From: the human T2T-CHM13v2.0 reference genome, Homo sapiens
DNA: 64,000 nucleotides
Direction: 5' to 3' (one strand)
Assembly: GCF_009914755.1 (NCBI RefSeq)
Contig: NC_060931.1
Under the pieces are notes generated by a model, which saw nothing but the letters and a program-made list of their open reading frames with translations, ran no database searches and was not told the origin of the DNA. A program made the position numbers and the translations under genes. Positions 1 to 13,550 of the stretch are shown here, in pieces; the stretch's first letter is position 1; each line of letters begins with the position of its first letter.

Positions 1-1229
1 TTTCATGAATTATGTCACCAAAAAACTCACTGATTTATGGAGTAAAGTTGAAGCAATATCTAGTTGGTGTGTTTTCAAAGAGAATAAATGGATTTCTGCT
101 TGCACTTCTATTCCCAGAGCTGAGTATTTGAGTGTTTGTTCTAGGATCTGGTATCACACAGCCTTATCTCTATCCCCACTGGGGTGAGGCCCCCCAAGGA
201 AGTTTAGGCTGGAACTTGAGACCACTTATCACCAAATTAATAAAATAGATTCATTTGGAATCAGCTGACTCAAAGCAGGAAGACTTGGACCCAATTCAAA
301 CATCTAGACCAAAACCTACACTCTGTTTGGTTAAGATCGGATAGAAATTCTTCCTCTTCACATCTCACATCCATGGACATGTCATGGCAGAAGGCTCCAT
401 CGTCCTCAGAGCCCAGCCAGGGAAGGTGAGCAGGAGGCAGCACATGGCTGCCCACCTCTGTAGAATTCCAAGGAACAGAAGCTTTTTAAAAATTCAGATT
501 CCAAGGCCTCAGCCTGGGCCTCCTGACTCCTGGCCAGGGTTTGGAGATGTAGAAGGAGGTAGAAGGAGGAGATAGAAGGAGATGGAGAAGAAGGCATGAG
601 TCAGTTTCCTCCCACACTCCAGGCCTTTCCCAGGGGTTGGGGAAGCCCTTGGGAAGCTCTCCTCTTTTGCTGCAGAGATAGAGAAAGAGCGTGGCTCTGA
701 AGTTGTGGCAGTGTCCCTCAGAGACTGGTCACTCACTACTACAGACCGCAGGCAGGCCAGTGCTCCCTCTGGGCCTCAGTGTACTCTTCTGTAAAATGGG
801 AAGATCATACTGGGTGACCTCATCCCTAACACCTCGTCTCTAGCTCTCAACTTCTACCACTCCGCGAAGTCGTGTGGGCTGGAAGTCAGAGCGGCTTCCT
901 CAAAGAGGCGGAAGAGGACCCATCACATGAAGGGGCTGGTTTGGCGAGGCAGAGGTGGGAAGGAACGGGGGTAAAAACCCTCCCACCTGGGTGAGCGTGT
1001 CCATCGGAGCAGTGGTTCTCAAATGAGAAGCCCTTCCCCATGAGCGAATCACAAAGTTATTTTAGGTAGGTCATACGAAATAGAAAGAGATACGAAACGT
1101 AGAACAGACAATAACTCAGTGCCTGGCAAACAGTGAGCACTATGCAAACACGAGTTATTATTTCTATCGTGAGTCATGGTCCAAAAGTTTGAAATACACT
1201 AACTTTCTGTGGCTCACTGTCTCTATTTC

Positions 1230-1355
1230 GTCACCAGCATGTGACCTCCATGAGTGAGGGATTTTTGACAGTTCTGTTCACTCTTAAAGCCCCGTGTCTA
1301 AAACAGTGCCCGGCACAAAGTAAAGGCTCAGTAAGTATTTACTGGATGAATAAAT
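1230..1355 (+). mobile_element. L2 3' end fragment
   Basis: GTGCCCGGCACAAAGTAAAGGCTCAGTAAGTATTTACTGGATGAATAAAT resembles the L2 tail. Confidence 0.6.
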
Positions 1356-1867
1356 CGGTATCATTCCATGCAATTGTTGTCACATACATATATTCCCTCT
1401 TGGGCTAGACCGCCTGGGTCTGAGTCTGGCAGATGAATTCTGTGCTCCCCAGCCCGGCAAACCTCCCTGGGACACGGGGACGTCACAGCTCCTCTTCTCG
1501 GTGCTGTTGAAAAGAGTGTATGCGGAGCTCCAGGGATGGCGGCAGGCAGCCTCCGCCCCGCACAAGGGTGCTGGGAGACATCTGTCCCTCCCCACCTGCC
1601 CCTGTTCCCAGCTGCCCCCCACATCTCAACCCCACAGTTCCCTTTCCTGGCAGGATCACTGCTCGGCATCCCTCTCCTGGCAGCGACAAAAATGGCCCTC
1701 TTCACCCCGACAGCCTCTTCTCCTCGTCTGTGGCCTGCTTGAGCCAGGATGGGACTCATTTCCTTCTCAGGTGAAGACGTTGTTAGTGGAGAAAATGAAT
1801 CTTGGGCTAATGAGCTGATCAGAACCTTGAGCTGCAAGAGGGCTCCGGCTCTCTTCAACTCCTGGCC

Positions 1868-2036
1868 CAGTGGTCCTCAGAGCGTGGTTCCCGGACCAGC
1901 AGCGTCCTTGTCAACCTAGGAACTTGCTAGAAAAGCACATTCATGAACCCGCCTCAGACCTACTGAACGGAAAACTCGGCGGTGGGGCCCAGCCCTCCAG
2001 GTGACCCCAGAGCTTGCTCAAGTTTGAGAACCACCA
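1868..2036 (+). mobile_element. MER5A-like hAT-Charlie fossil
   Basis: CAGTGGTCCTCAGAGCGTGGTTCCCGGACCAGCAGC ... AAGTTTGAGAACCAC termini. Confidence 0.75.
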
Positions 2037-2710
2037 GCCTAACTATTGTTGAGGAGGGAGGAAGCGGTGGTGGCCCCACTTGGAAGTCTGGGCCCTGGCA
2101 GCATCAGGACTGACTCGTGGGGGAGGCGCTGGGAAGGGAAAGGCGGTGGCTGCCGTTTTCAGATGCCTGCCTCCCTTCCCAACCTCGTCATCCTCACAAG
2201 GGGAGGTGGCTGCCAAGTCACCTAAATGCTGAGGGCGGCAGGTAGTGGGAGCCGCATTTCCCAAAACACTGCGGGGGCGGGAAAGGCCCCACCTAGGAGA
2301 TCAGAGCTCTTCCCAAACACCAACGGCAACCCCAGCTCATCGGAGCCACCAGGAATAATTCTTGCCATTAGCCCCAGAGTCTGCCGCTCCCTCAGGGTCC
2401 CTCTCCCGGCATCTGGGGGCTGGATTTTCACACACACAGTGTGTATGGTCCCGGAACACAGACGGGTGCTGTCCTCAGATCGGGGGCTAGCAGGGTCTGG
2501 AGGAGCCCTCCTCAACAGATGAGTCCCTGTGACATGACTTTCCAGAGCCAGACCTCCCGGCCTGATCAGTGCTCGCCCCTACTTGCGGTGTGTGAGCTGA
2601 CACGATTTACCCTGATGGGCAGCTGTTTATTTTTACAATTTATGGTGAACCATGTTAGAAGTTTTCCATTTCTTCTAGTCTTAGAAAGTTTCTTTTAAAA
2701 ATAAATGTAA

Positions 2711-3010
2711 GGCCGGGCGCGGTGGTTCACAGTTGTAATCCCAGCACTTTGGGGGTGGGCAGATCACTTGAGGTCAGGAGTTCGAGACCAGTCTGGCCAA
2801 CATAGCGAAACCCCGTCTCTACTAAAAATACAAAACTTAGCTGGGTGTGGTGGCGCACGCCTGTAATCCCAGCTACTCAGGAGGCTGAGGCAGGAGAATC
2901 ACTTGAAACCGGTAGGCAGAGGTTGCGGTGAGCCAAGATCGCACCACTGCACTCCAGCCTGACGACAGAAACTCCGTCTCAAAAAAATTTAAAAATAAAA
3001 AAATAAAAAT
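2711..3010 (+). mobile_element. AluS
   Basis: GGCCGGGCGCGGTGG head, two arms, A-rich tail; small deletion in the left arm. Confidence 0.95.
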
Positions 3011-4656
3011 AAGCTTAAAAATTGCACTTGGATATAAAAATTGTGCAGGTGTGAATGGCTGCAATTTGGAACTACCCTATCCCACAACGCCACCTCTGTT
3101 TCTGAGGGACACCGTAACTTAGGACGCTGGCAGGAGGTGGTATATGAGACCCTTTGTGCATGTATGTCTGTATGTGTAGGTGTGTATGCGTGTGCATGTG
3201 GATGAGTGTTTGGACGTGTAGATAAAGTGAGTATTCTTCTGGTTATCTTTGTATCTTTGTAAAATGAATCCCCCTCTTATAACCACCATAGGGCTTCATA
3301 AATGCCATGTCCTACAGTATTCTTCTGTAGTTGGATTCTAGGACGTTTGCATGACTGTTCTAAAAAGCTTGGTCATATTTGAAGAGGAGGACAGTCCACT
3401 AACACGCACAGCTGGGAATGAGATCCAGTTTTGCAAAGGGATTTGTGTTTTAATGACACAAATGTGAGTCCTCATCTGCTTCTTAAACTGTCAGCAAGAT
3501 CACCAAGGCTGTTACTAATGTAAGTGTGTATGGGGGTAAGCGGCTGGGTGAGGGACTGCTAGGTAAATGCTCTCGGCCTTGTACCTGTGCAAAGCCCATG
3601 CTTGACGGGGGATGCCCGAGAGGGAAATGGTTCTGGAATCTCCCAGTGAAACCGCCTGGACTTTGCAGGAAGACTGCAGCCTTAGGCTGGGGTCCCTGAT
3701 GTCTAGTGTTATTCTGGGTACACAGCAGTGTCCACACAGCAGATACCAGCTTAACTGTGTGGCCGAGATGGTACAGTGAAGAATATTCCTCTTGGCCAAG
3801 CATCCAAAGGGAGCCCCTGAGCTGCCGGTAATTTTCCTCTGGCCAAGGGTTAGCAGGCTGGGGCGACAGGGGCCTACTGAGAGTGAATTAGGCAGGTGGC
3901 TCTTAGCTGACTTTTCCTTCTATGATCAGCTCTGTTCCTTTTCTCAAGCCACATCCTCACGGACGCTGGCCTTGAGCTCTTGTCCCCGAGCCTCTCTCTC
4001 TAGGAACTTGTCCTTCCCACAGGACATCGACACCTGAGACCCTGTGAAGCACCCCACTGAGGCTGTACCCCCTGGCCTTCCCAGCCCCATCACTCATCCT
4101 GGGGCACTGCTCATCTTCTGAAGGCTCAGAGCCCTTTTCCTTCCAACACGACGATGAGCTAACCTGGTATATAACCACGCGGCAAAGCACCGACAAGCTC
4201 CGCTGGGGCTGCTCCAGCCCTTGCTCCCAGCCTGGGCACCTGAGTCTTTCGAACTGGCTCTTTCTTCCAGACACAATGCTTCTGTCCTCTGGGGTTTCAG
4301 GTGTAGAGAAAAGGAGGCCACCCTGTGAGGTTGGCGCCCGGAAGCATCCGTTTAGGCAGGTGAAGCTGGCAGCTCACACGGGCTCCCCGGAGCAGACTGG
4401 GGGTGTCTTTCCCCAGCTCCATGAACTGAGGCCATGTGGAAATCTTCCATGGTGGGAACATTTACACCACAGCAGTCAGGAAACACTATGAATCAGAGCT
4501 GCTTTTCTAAAGAGTCAGTTGCTAAAGAGTGCCCGTGGCCCAGCGGCTTTTAAACTACGCCACCCCTCCCTCCTGCACTGTGAAGTCAGATTGCAGAGAC
4601 GAGGCTGAGGACTTCAGCTTTCAGGATGGGAGCAGATGAAACCTTTGGATAAATAC

Positions 4657-5016
4657 TGCTATGGTTTGAATGTTTGTGCCTCCTACAAAATTCATGCTGA
4701 AACTTAATCCCTCATGCAACAATATTAAGAAGTGGGCTTGGGGGTGGTTAGGTCATGAGGACAGGGCCCTCAGAAATGGGTTACTACTCTTAGAAAAGAG
4801 CTGGAAGGAACCAGTGAGGCCTACTTTTGTCCATGTGAAGTCACAGTGTGCAAGGTGCCACCTTGGAAGCAGAGACCAGGCCCTCACCCAACACCGAACC
4901 TCCTGGCACCACCCTCGTCTCGGACTTTCCAGCCTCCAGAACTGGAAATAAATTTCTATTCTTCAGAAATCACCCAGTCTCGGGTATTTTGTTATAGCAG
5001 TACAAACAGATGAAGA
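4657..5016 (+). mobile_element. MaLR solo LTR (MST/MLT1A type)
   Basis: TGCTATGGTTTGAATGTTTGT...AAAATTCATGCTGAAACTTAATCCC start; AATAAATTTCT...GTTATAGCAG end. Confidence 0.75.
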
Positions 5017-5028
5017 AAATACTGCATG

Positions 5029-5380
<352 letters not shown>

Positions 5381-6010
5381 TGATAATAAGGATAATAAAT
5401 AACTTTAAAAATTAAATTGGACTTCCGTCAGCAGACATCATCTCATTTGATCTTCACAGCCCGCAGGTGAGGAGAGTTGGGGAGGCCAGCCACCGAGCCG
5501 TACGGGTTGGCTCAGGCAGGCCCAGGACCTGGGTACTGCTCCACGGTTCCTCTCCCAATGGCTCCTGCAGGGTGTTCTGAACGAAAATGGGTTCCCATTT
5601 AGGAAGTTCTTTGTGATCCTGGAATACAGGGGCGTGGTGGAGACCTCGAGAATTCTAACCGTGTTGGGGAAACGAAGACGCAGAGGCAGTGCCCCCTGCC
5701 TGGCAGGCCGCAGGCCCTGAGACACAGGCTGCCTGGGGAAAGGGGCCTCCGATGCACCGTGCTTTGGAGAAAGTTTCTGGCAGGGCCCTGCTCCCTCCCA
5801 CACGGGGCGGTCTGGCCATGCCAGCTAGGCTCTGTTTTCTGGAACTTGGCCCTTCCCTTCCGCAGGAGTCCAAGCGATGTCAGGATGATGGTGGGGAAGT
5901 TCTTAGTCAAGAATCTCCGTGCCTCAGTTTCTCCATGTCCCTATTAGTCTCTGTGTCTAGATGGACAGGAGACCAAAGGATGGAGGGTGACAAGAAACAC
6001 CAAGTCCTGC

Positions 6011-6451
6011 TGTATTCATTTCTGGCGGCTGCTGTAACAACATACACACACGGGGTCTTAGAACAACAGAAACGGATTCTCTCAGAGTTCTGCAGGCCTG
6101 AAGTCCAAGATCAAGGGGTGGGCAGGGCCGCGCCCTCTCTGAAGCCTGTGGGGGACCCTTCCGTGCCTCTTCCTAGTTCTGAGGGTCACTGGCTCTCCCT
6201 GGGGATCCTTGGTAGCCACCAGCGCACTCCTGTCTCGGCCTCTGCTGTCCCATGGCCTGCTCCCCACGGGCCTGTGTCTTCCATCTTCTTGGGAGGATGC
6301 AGTTATGCTGGATTAAGGGCCCACCCTGCTCTAGGATGACCTCATCTTCGCTAAGTACATCTGCCAGAGACGCCATATCCACACAAGGTCACATTTACAG
6401 GTGCTGGGGGTTAGGACCTCTCTATATATTTTGGGGGACATAATTCAATCC
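6011..6451 (-). mobile_element. MLT1 (MaLR) solo LTR
   Basis: GCTGCTGTAACAA...AACAACAGAAA...AAGTCCAAGATCAAGG ... GGGGACATAATTCAA; reverse MLT1B/C-like. Confidence 0.75.
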
Positions 6452-8586
6452 GTGCCACTTGTGCATGCTGGGCGTGTTCCCACCTGGGGAAGCTGCTCCT
6501 GCCCAGCCCGCAGCACGTTTGCCATTTTCCGGAGCGTGCTGTAGCTAGGCACAGAGAGGCTCTGCTGGGCTGCAGGGGGAGCGAGACACAGCAGGGAGGC
6601 TGAGAACCCACACCGCCTAAACCGAGGGGCCGTGCACACAGGTGGCTCAGTGTCTGCAGAAAGAAGCGGGAGGGGGGTGCAGGGGAACCGTAGCACCAAT
6701 TACCCATAGTGGGCACATCAAATGATTACACAGGGACAGTGGGTGTGAACCGGGTGGGCCCAGGAGAAACCTGGAGGTACAGTCCCCTCACCTAGAACGC
6801 TTCTTGAGTGTTTAATGGAAAGACGCCTGTCCAGAAGGTTTCTCCTGGAAGGAGGGATCAAATCTGTCTAAGCTCCGAAGTAACCCTGCTCAGCTAATAG
6901 GTTATTTCCTCATCTTAGAAAGGAAGAAATGAACAGGAGGCAGAAGGGCAACCTGTCCCATGCTCTGCCTCGAAGCACACGTCATCTGGTGGGCAGCCCT
7001 GCCATTGTGGAGGTGGGCAAACCGAGGTTCAGAGATGGCATTGGCCATGCTCATCAAAGCAGCCCAAGCTCACACTCAGCCAAGGAGCCCCGAGCCTGGA
7101 TTGGAACCCAGATGGACCAATTCCAAAATCCTCAAGTTCTACACTCCTTCCCGCCTGCCCCACCTCCATCGTCCTGTGTCCAGGAACATGGCCCTTGTGC
7201 CCCACCAGCATCCACCCGCCCCACCGGCTTCTGCCAGAGGGAGGAGTCAGAGGTGAGAGTCTGGTGCTCTGAGCGCTGCCTCGCAGTTGTGCAAATCAGT
7301 TCAGCTCAGTGAGTTTTAATTCAGTGTCTACTTTGATGCTGAAGATCTAGTCCCTCCCCCCACAGTCACTGATGGTGTCACTGAAAGCCGAGTCTGACAA
7401 CACGGAATAAGAAGTCCTCGATGAGCCGCCGCAATGTGACCTTAGGCCAGTCACTTGAGCTCCAAGGCACGGCCCACAGGGGTACCCCTGCTCCCCAACC
7501 CGCAAATGGGTGGTGAGACCTGAGGGACTCTCAAATTCCTCCAGCGATCCCGCCGTCTCTGTGCCTGGCCCTCTTTATCTGGGATCGAGCCACTCACACC
7601 CTTGCTGCCATCTAACTTTTCTTAATGGCCTGGTAGGGAAATATCACAAAACAAACACACACAACTCAAAGAAAAAAGAAACGTCGCCCATGCCAGAGTT
7701 CAGCGTGGCTCTGACATTACATTGGTGCCTCTTGCTGGGAGAGGCCAAAACCACAACTTTCCGGAACTGGAGTGAGCTTTCCTGCCATGAGAGCTCACTG
7801 GAGCATTTTGCTAAGAACGGGTTTTCCCAGTTTGAGACTGGCGAGTTTGGGGCCTCTGGCAAAAAAAAAAAAGAAAAAAAAAAATCACTTCTGCTTTTGC
7901 CAAGCAGCTTCCCTTTTTCTGGAAACTGCCCGATCCCCACCTCGCTGTGGGCAACTCTGCCAGCAACAGCTACTCCTGGCTGGCCCAGGCTGGTGCGGGG
8001 ATCTGAGACGTGGAGTCGCAATGGCCAGTGTGGGCAAGCAGCTCTTGTGAAGTTGGCCACGCACGTCTCTCCAGAGTCGGCTACAGATGGAAATTTCCAT
8101 ATGCCCCTGTTCAGCCAAAATCACAGGCTTTTGGTTTCATTATCATTGTCAAACCATTAACCACTAACCCCTGGCACCTAGGGGAGAGCGCTCCTGGGGC
8201 CCCACTCTGCATGCTGGTGAGCTCGAATGTCTTAGAAGTGGATGCTTCTGGAAGGAAGGATGGGAAGCCTCCCTCCTCATGGGTCCCCCTCCACAGCTCA
8301 CGTCCAAAATGCCTTACTCTGTATCATCATCGTCTATGAAATGTGCACGTCCTCACTCCCATCACTGCTAAAACACTGCTCAGACTCAACTTCCCCAGGG
8401 GAGTTCACAGGAGAGGGAGCCGGGGCTTCCTGCTCTGGTGAAGGGCTTCCCTCCACTCCCTCTCAGCTGGAGGGCAGGGGGCAGTGAGGGGAGGAGCAAG
8501 ACTGAAAACGGGTGGCAAGCTCTCGCCTGTCCCGTGCCTGCTCCGTCCCATGTCTGGAAGAATGCCAGCCTCAAAGCAAACCCTCA

Positions 8587-9048
<462 letters not shown>

Positions 9049-10008
9049 TCATGTGCCCTCCACTGCTACATCCTCAGTGTAGACCACAGACCTGTAGGGG
9101 GGCATGTGGTAAGCACCCCATTGTTAATGGGGCCCTGAGAAGCCACAGGACAGGCTGAGACCATATGAAGAACCGCCCCAGGACCACAGAGATGCCAACC
9201 CCACACGCCTGAGGGTCCTATAGGAACACAATGACCTGGAAGTGCTCCCATCCTACAGAGAGACCGGAGAGGCCAGGGGTGTGCACGGAGCTTCTGCCCA
9301 GAGCCCTGCACTCCACGAGAATTAGCTTAGATCTTGACCTCCTCCTCCCTCCCTGGGGCCCCGCCTCTCTCCTATCTCACAGCCTGCACGGCCCCATAAG
9401 GGGTCAGGAGGGAAGAATACCTGCTCTTTCATATGTGACCCACCTGGCAGGGCCGCAGCTCAACGGGCAACCCCAGGACTGGCTGTTGCAGCTTGGACTA
9501 AATTTAATTTCACCCTCCAAAGGTAGGGGCGGCTGCCTTGAATGGATTCCAAGGATTCCAAGGGTAAACCTAGTGTCTCTGGACTCAGCCCTAAGTCACT
9601 TTTTACTGTGTCCCTCGGAGAGCTCGGGACCCAGGAGATGCTACAACACTTGCTCTTAAACTTTTTAAAAGTAGGTGACGATTGTGACAAGGCCAACAAG
9701 GACTGGATGCGTGAGTGTGCTGTCCCATAGGCGCAGCACCCTGGAGGAGGAGGAGGGGCTGCAGCTGGGTCGACACAGCAAGATTCCAGAAAAGAGAGGA
9801 GAAAGTCGGTTTCAGAAAAGGGGAAAAAAGTCAAAATGACAGGTTTGTCAGAAAAATAACTTACATTCTGAAAACTCAGCTGCTTAAAAATAATTTACGT
9901 ATATGTTTTTCAGATGACAATTTTGACAATTTTATATGGTTGATGGGTCAGATATTACGTTGAACTCTGTGAGATGATCATTTTTGAGGTTAGAAAATAG
10001 TCAAATAT

Positions 10009-10307
<299 letters not shown>

Positions 10308-11431
10308 CTATTCCACGCAGTTTAACCTAATATTATCACCTGCTCTTCACTGCTGAGGAACCTGGGCACAGGCTGAGAAAGGATGATTTGGGCTCAAAAT
10401 AAGACCTTCTGACCCCAAACCGAGGCTCCTCCTATGAAATCATGCTGCTTCCCACCGAAAAACCAAAAACAAATAGAATCCAGGCCCCCTTTATTCTACA
10501 GACAAGGATAACCTTGGTGTTGAGGTCAGGCCTGTCCACCCGCTGGGGACAGCTGGGTCATTCACCAGCAGCCCAAAGGCAAAGCCCACTCCTGTCACCC
10601 CAGCCAGCCCTTGCTCTGCAGTGCCAGCAGGCAGTGCCCATCACGGGCCAGAGAGAAGAAGCCTCCAGCCCGACTGCTGTTGTTTATTTCTCTAAAAAAT
10701 CACATTAGAAATGAGCCTCCAAGGAGCTTGACTTGAACCTGGAACTTTCTAAAATGCAGAGTATCTATGCATCTCTAACTACATGCATGCCTCCCTTCCC
10801 CCCACACACATGCACACACACGAACACACGTGCACATGCACACACACGTGTGCACACATAACCCTTCTGGACTTAGCAGCACACGGACCAGCTGGATGCT
10901 TGTGGGGCCTGAGGGTGGACAGCTCCTCCACGCCATCAGGGCTGCTGTCTGAGACCTGCCCCCAAGAGCCTCTGGCCAGGACGCAGCCTTCCCCCACACA
11001 TCACAGGCACAGGGAGGCATTTGGAGCGCCCGAGGATAGGGCTGTGTGACATCCCTGGCAAGGGCCAGGCAGCGGGAATCCAGCCGCCAAACTCGAGGGC
11101 CTCATGGAATGCTAATGGCTACGGACAGCACTGCCACAGGCTTGAGTGACATCACCTCAGTTTGCACAATTGGGCTGAGACTGGAGCTCAGCCTTCCTGG
11201 CTCCCACTCCTTGAGCTCAGGGCACGAGTACGGCCACAGAATCAGGGTGCCTGGTCCTTAGGGCGCGCCTCCTGTGATTCTCACACAACGGCCTCAAGAA
11301 GGGAGGCAGCGGGGGAGTCACGGAAGGAGGGCTCAGTCAAAGAAAGGACACATCTGAGCAGAGGGATGGCCTCGCAGCCCAGTTCCAGGATGGCTGAGGG
11401 CTCCATACTCCAGGGCTGGAGCTGGGGAAAG

Positions 11432-12505
11432 CACACACACCACTTTACACACACACCACCCTCCACCACTCTCCACATACCACCCTCCACACACACCATG
11501 CTCCACACACACCGCCCTCCACACACACCGCCCTCCACACACACCATCCTCCACACACACCATCCTCCACACACACCACCCTACACACACACCGCCCTCC
11601 ACACACACCACCCTACACACACACCATCCTCCACACACACCACCCTCCACACACACCACCCTCCACACACACCACCCTCCACACACCACCCTCCACACAC
11701 ACCGCCCTCCACACACACCACCCTCCACACACACCACCCTCCACACACACCACCCTCCACACACCACCCTCCACACACACCACCCTCCACACACCACCCT
11801 CCACACACACCACCCTCCACACACCACCCTCCACACACACCACCCTCCACACACCGCCCTCCACACACACCATGCTCCACACACACCGCCCTCCACACAC
11901 ACCGCCCTCCACACACACCGCCCTCCACACACACCATCCTCCACACACACCACCCTCCACACACCACCCTCCACACACACCGCCCTCCACACACCGCCCT
12001 CCACACACACCACTTTACACACACGCCACCCTCCACACACCACCCTACACACACACCACCCTCCACACACGCCACCCTCCACACACACCACCCTCCACAC
12101 ACACCACGCTCCACACACACCGCCCTCCACACACACCACCCTCCACACACACCACCCTCCACACACACCACCCTCCACACACCACCCTCCACACACACCA
12201 CCCTCCACACACCACCCTCCACACACACCACCCTCCACACACCGCCCTCCACACACACCATGCTCCACACACACCGCCCTCCACACACACCGCCCTCCAC
12301 ACACACCGCCCTCCACACACACCATCCTCCACACACACCACCCTCCACACACCACCCTCCACACACACCGCCCTCCACACACCGCCCTCCACACACACCA
12401 CTTTACACACACGCCACCCTCCACACACCACCCTACACACACACCACCCTCCACACACGCCACCCTCCACACACACCACACTCCACACACCACCTTCCAC
12501 ACATA
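11432..12505. repeat. ~1.07 kb CA-rich minisatellite, unit CCACCCTCCA(CA)n of ~16-18 bp
   Basis: Direct inspection; roughly 60 units with variants CCGCCC, CATGCT, CACTTT. Confidence 0.95.
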
Positions 12506-12984
12506 CCACTGCAGACACTGGGATGTTTTTGCCAAGCAGAGAGGCTGCAGGCAGAGAGGCATGGGCTGTGCCATAGGGGAAAAGTGGGTGGGTGGGGGCA
12601 GGCAGAGGGGTGGGGGCGGCAGGAACCACAGGGATGGGTAGAGGCTCAGAGCCACACCTGCTCCAGACCATATGGACCTCACAGATGAGTCTGTGTCCTC
12701 GCTTAGGCGAAAGCTGAGCTCCATGATGCTATGTGCACCCTGTCTCCATTTCCAAAAGGATGCTTGCAATGCAGTTAGATAAAATACCTTGAAAGGAGGA
12801 AAAACAGTAGCCACAGGAAGATAAAGTAAGGCAGTCTCTGGAGAGAGGTTAAGACACAAAAACCCGTAAGTCCTACACACTCGCCAGACACAGGCCACAC
12901 ATTCTGCCCTTGGGGTTTCTCCAGCAAATGAAGAAAGAAGATTTCTTAAAAATTATAGCATACTCAAGTTTGCTACATGGCATA

Positions 12985-13140
12985 TCATGGCAAACCTACA
13001 TAGGGTATCATTTAATTCTCATGGCCACCTGCAGGCAGGTATTCTTATTGCTGTTTCACTAACAAAGCAACTTAGGTTCAGGGCCATCAGGGAGCCTGTC
13101 CAAGGTCACACAGCCAATGAGAGGTGTGGCAGGAGAGAAA
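12985..13140 (-). mobile_element. MIR fragment
   Basis: TCATTTAATTCTCA...CCAAGGTCACACAGC core. Confidence 0.55.
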
Positions 13141-13384
13141 CCAGGTCCCCAAAGTCCTGGCTCCCCGTGGCGATCTTTCCAAGGCCCGCGCAGCCGAGGA
13201 CGCAAGCACAGGTGCCACGAGCACGCTGGAGTGGCCCCGAGGCGGGCCCCTGCGGAGGCTTGCAGCTCCCTGGAAGGTATTTTGCCTTCTTCATTGCCCC
13301 AAATTAGGATGTAGGGGGAGACGAAAAGACGTCCTGCAGGGAAGGGCGTGGATTTTGGAGACAGCCACACCGGGTTCAATTGGC

Positions 13385-13550
13385 CTCGCCGTGGCCCTTA
13401 GGCAAACAACTCATTCTATCTGAGCCTCCGTTTCTCCAACTGTAAAAACCGGGTGAATACTAGGAACAGGCAGAGTTGCTGATGAGATAAATGGCAAAAT
13501 ATGTGAAAGACGTTAAGTCTGGCACCCGCACCGAATATAACTCAGTGAAT
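13385..13550 (+). mobile_element. MIR fragment
   Basis: TCTGAGCCTCCGTTTCTCCAACTGTAAAA core. Confidence 0.55.

Noticed and set aside
11162-12898. Long 508/521-aa His/Thr/Pro- and Cys/Val/Gly-rich ORFs
   Set aside because: Translations of the CA-rich VNTR, open on both strands because the repeat lacks stop codons.
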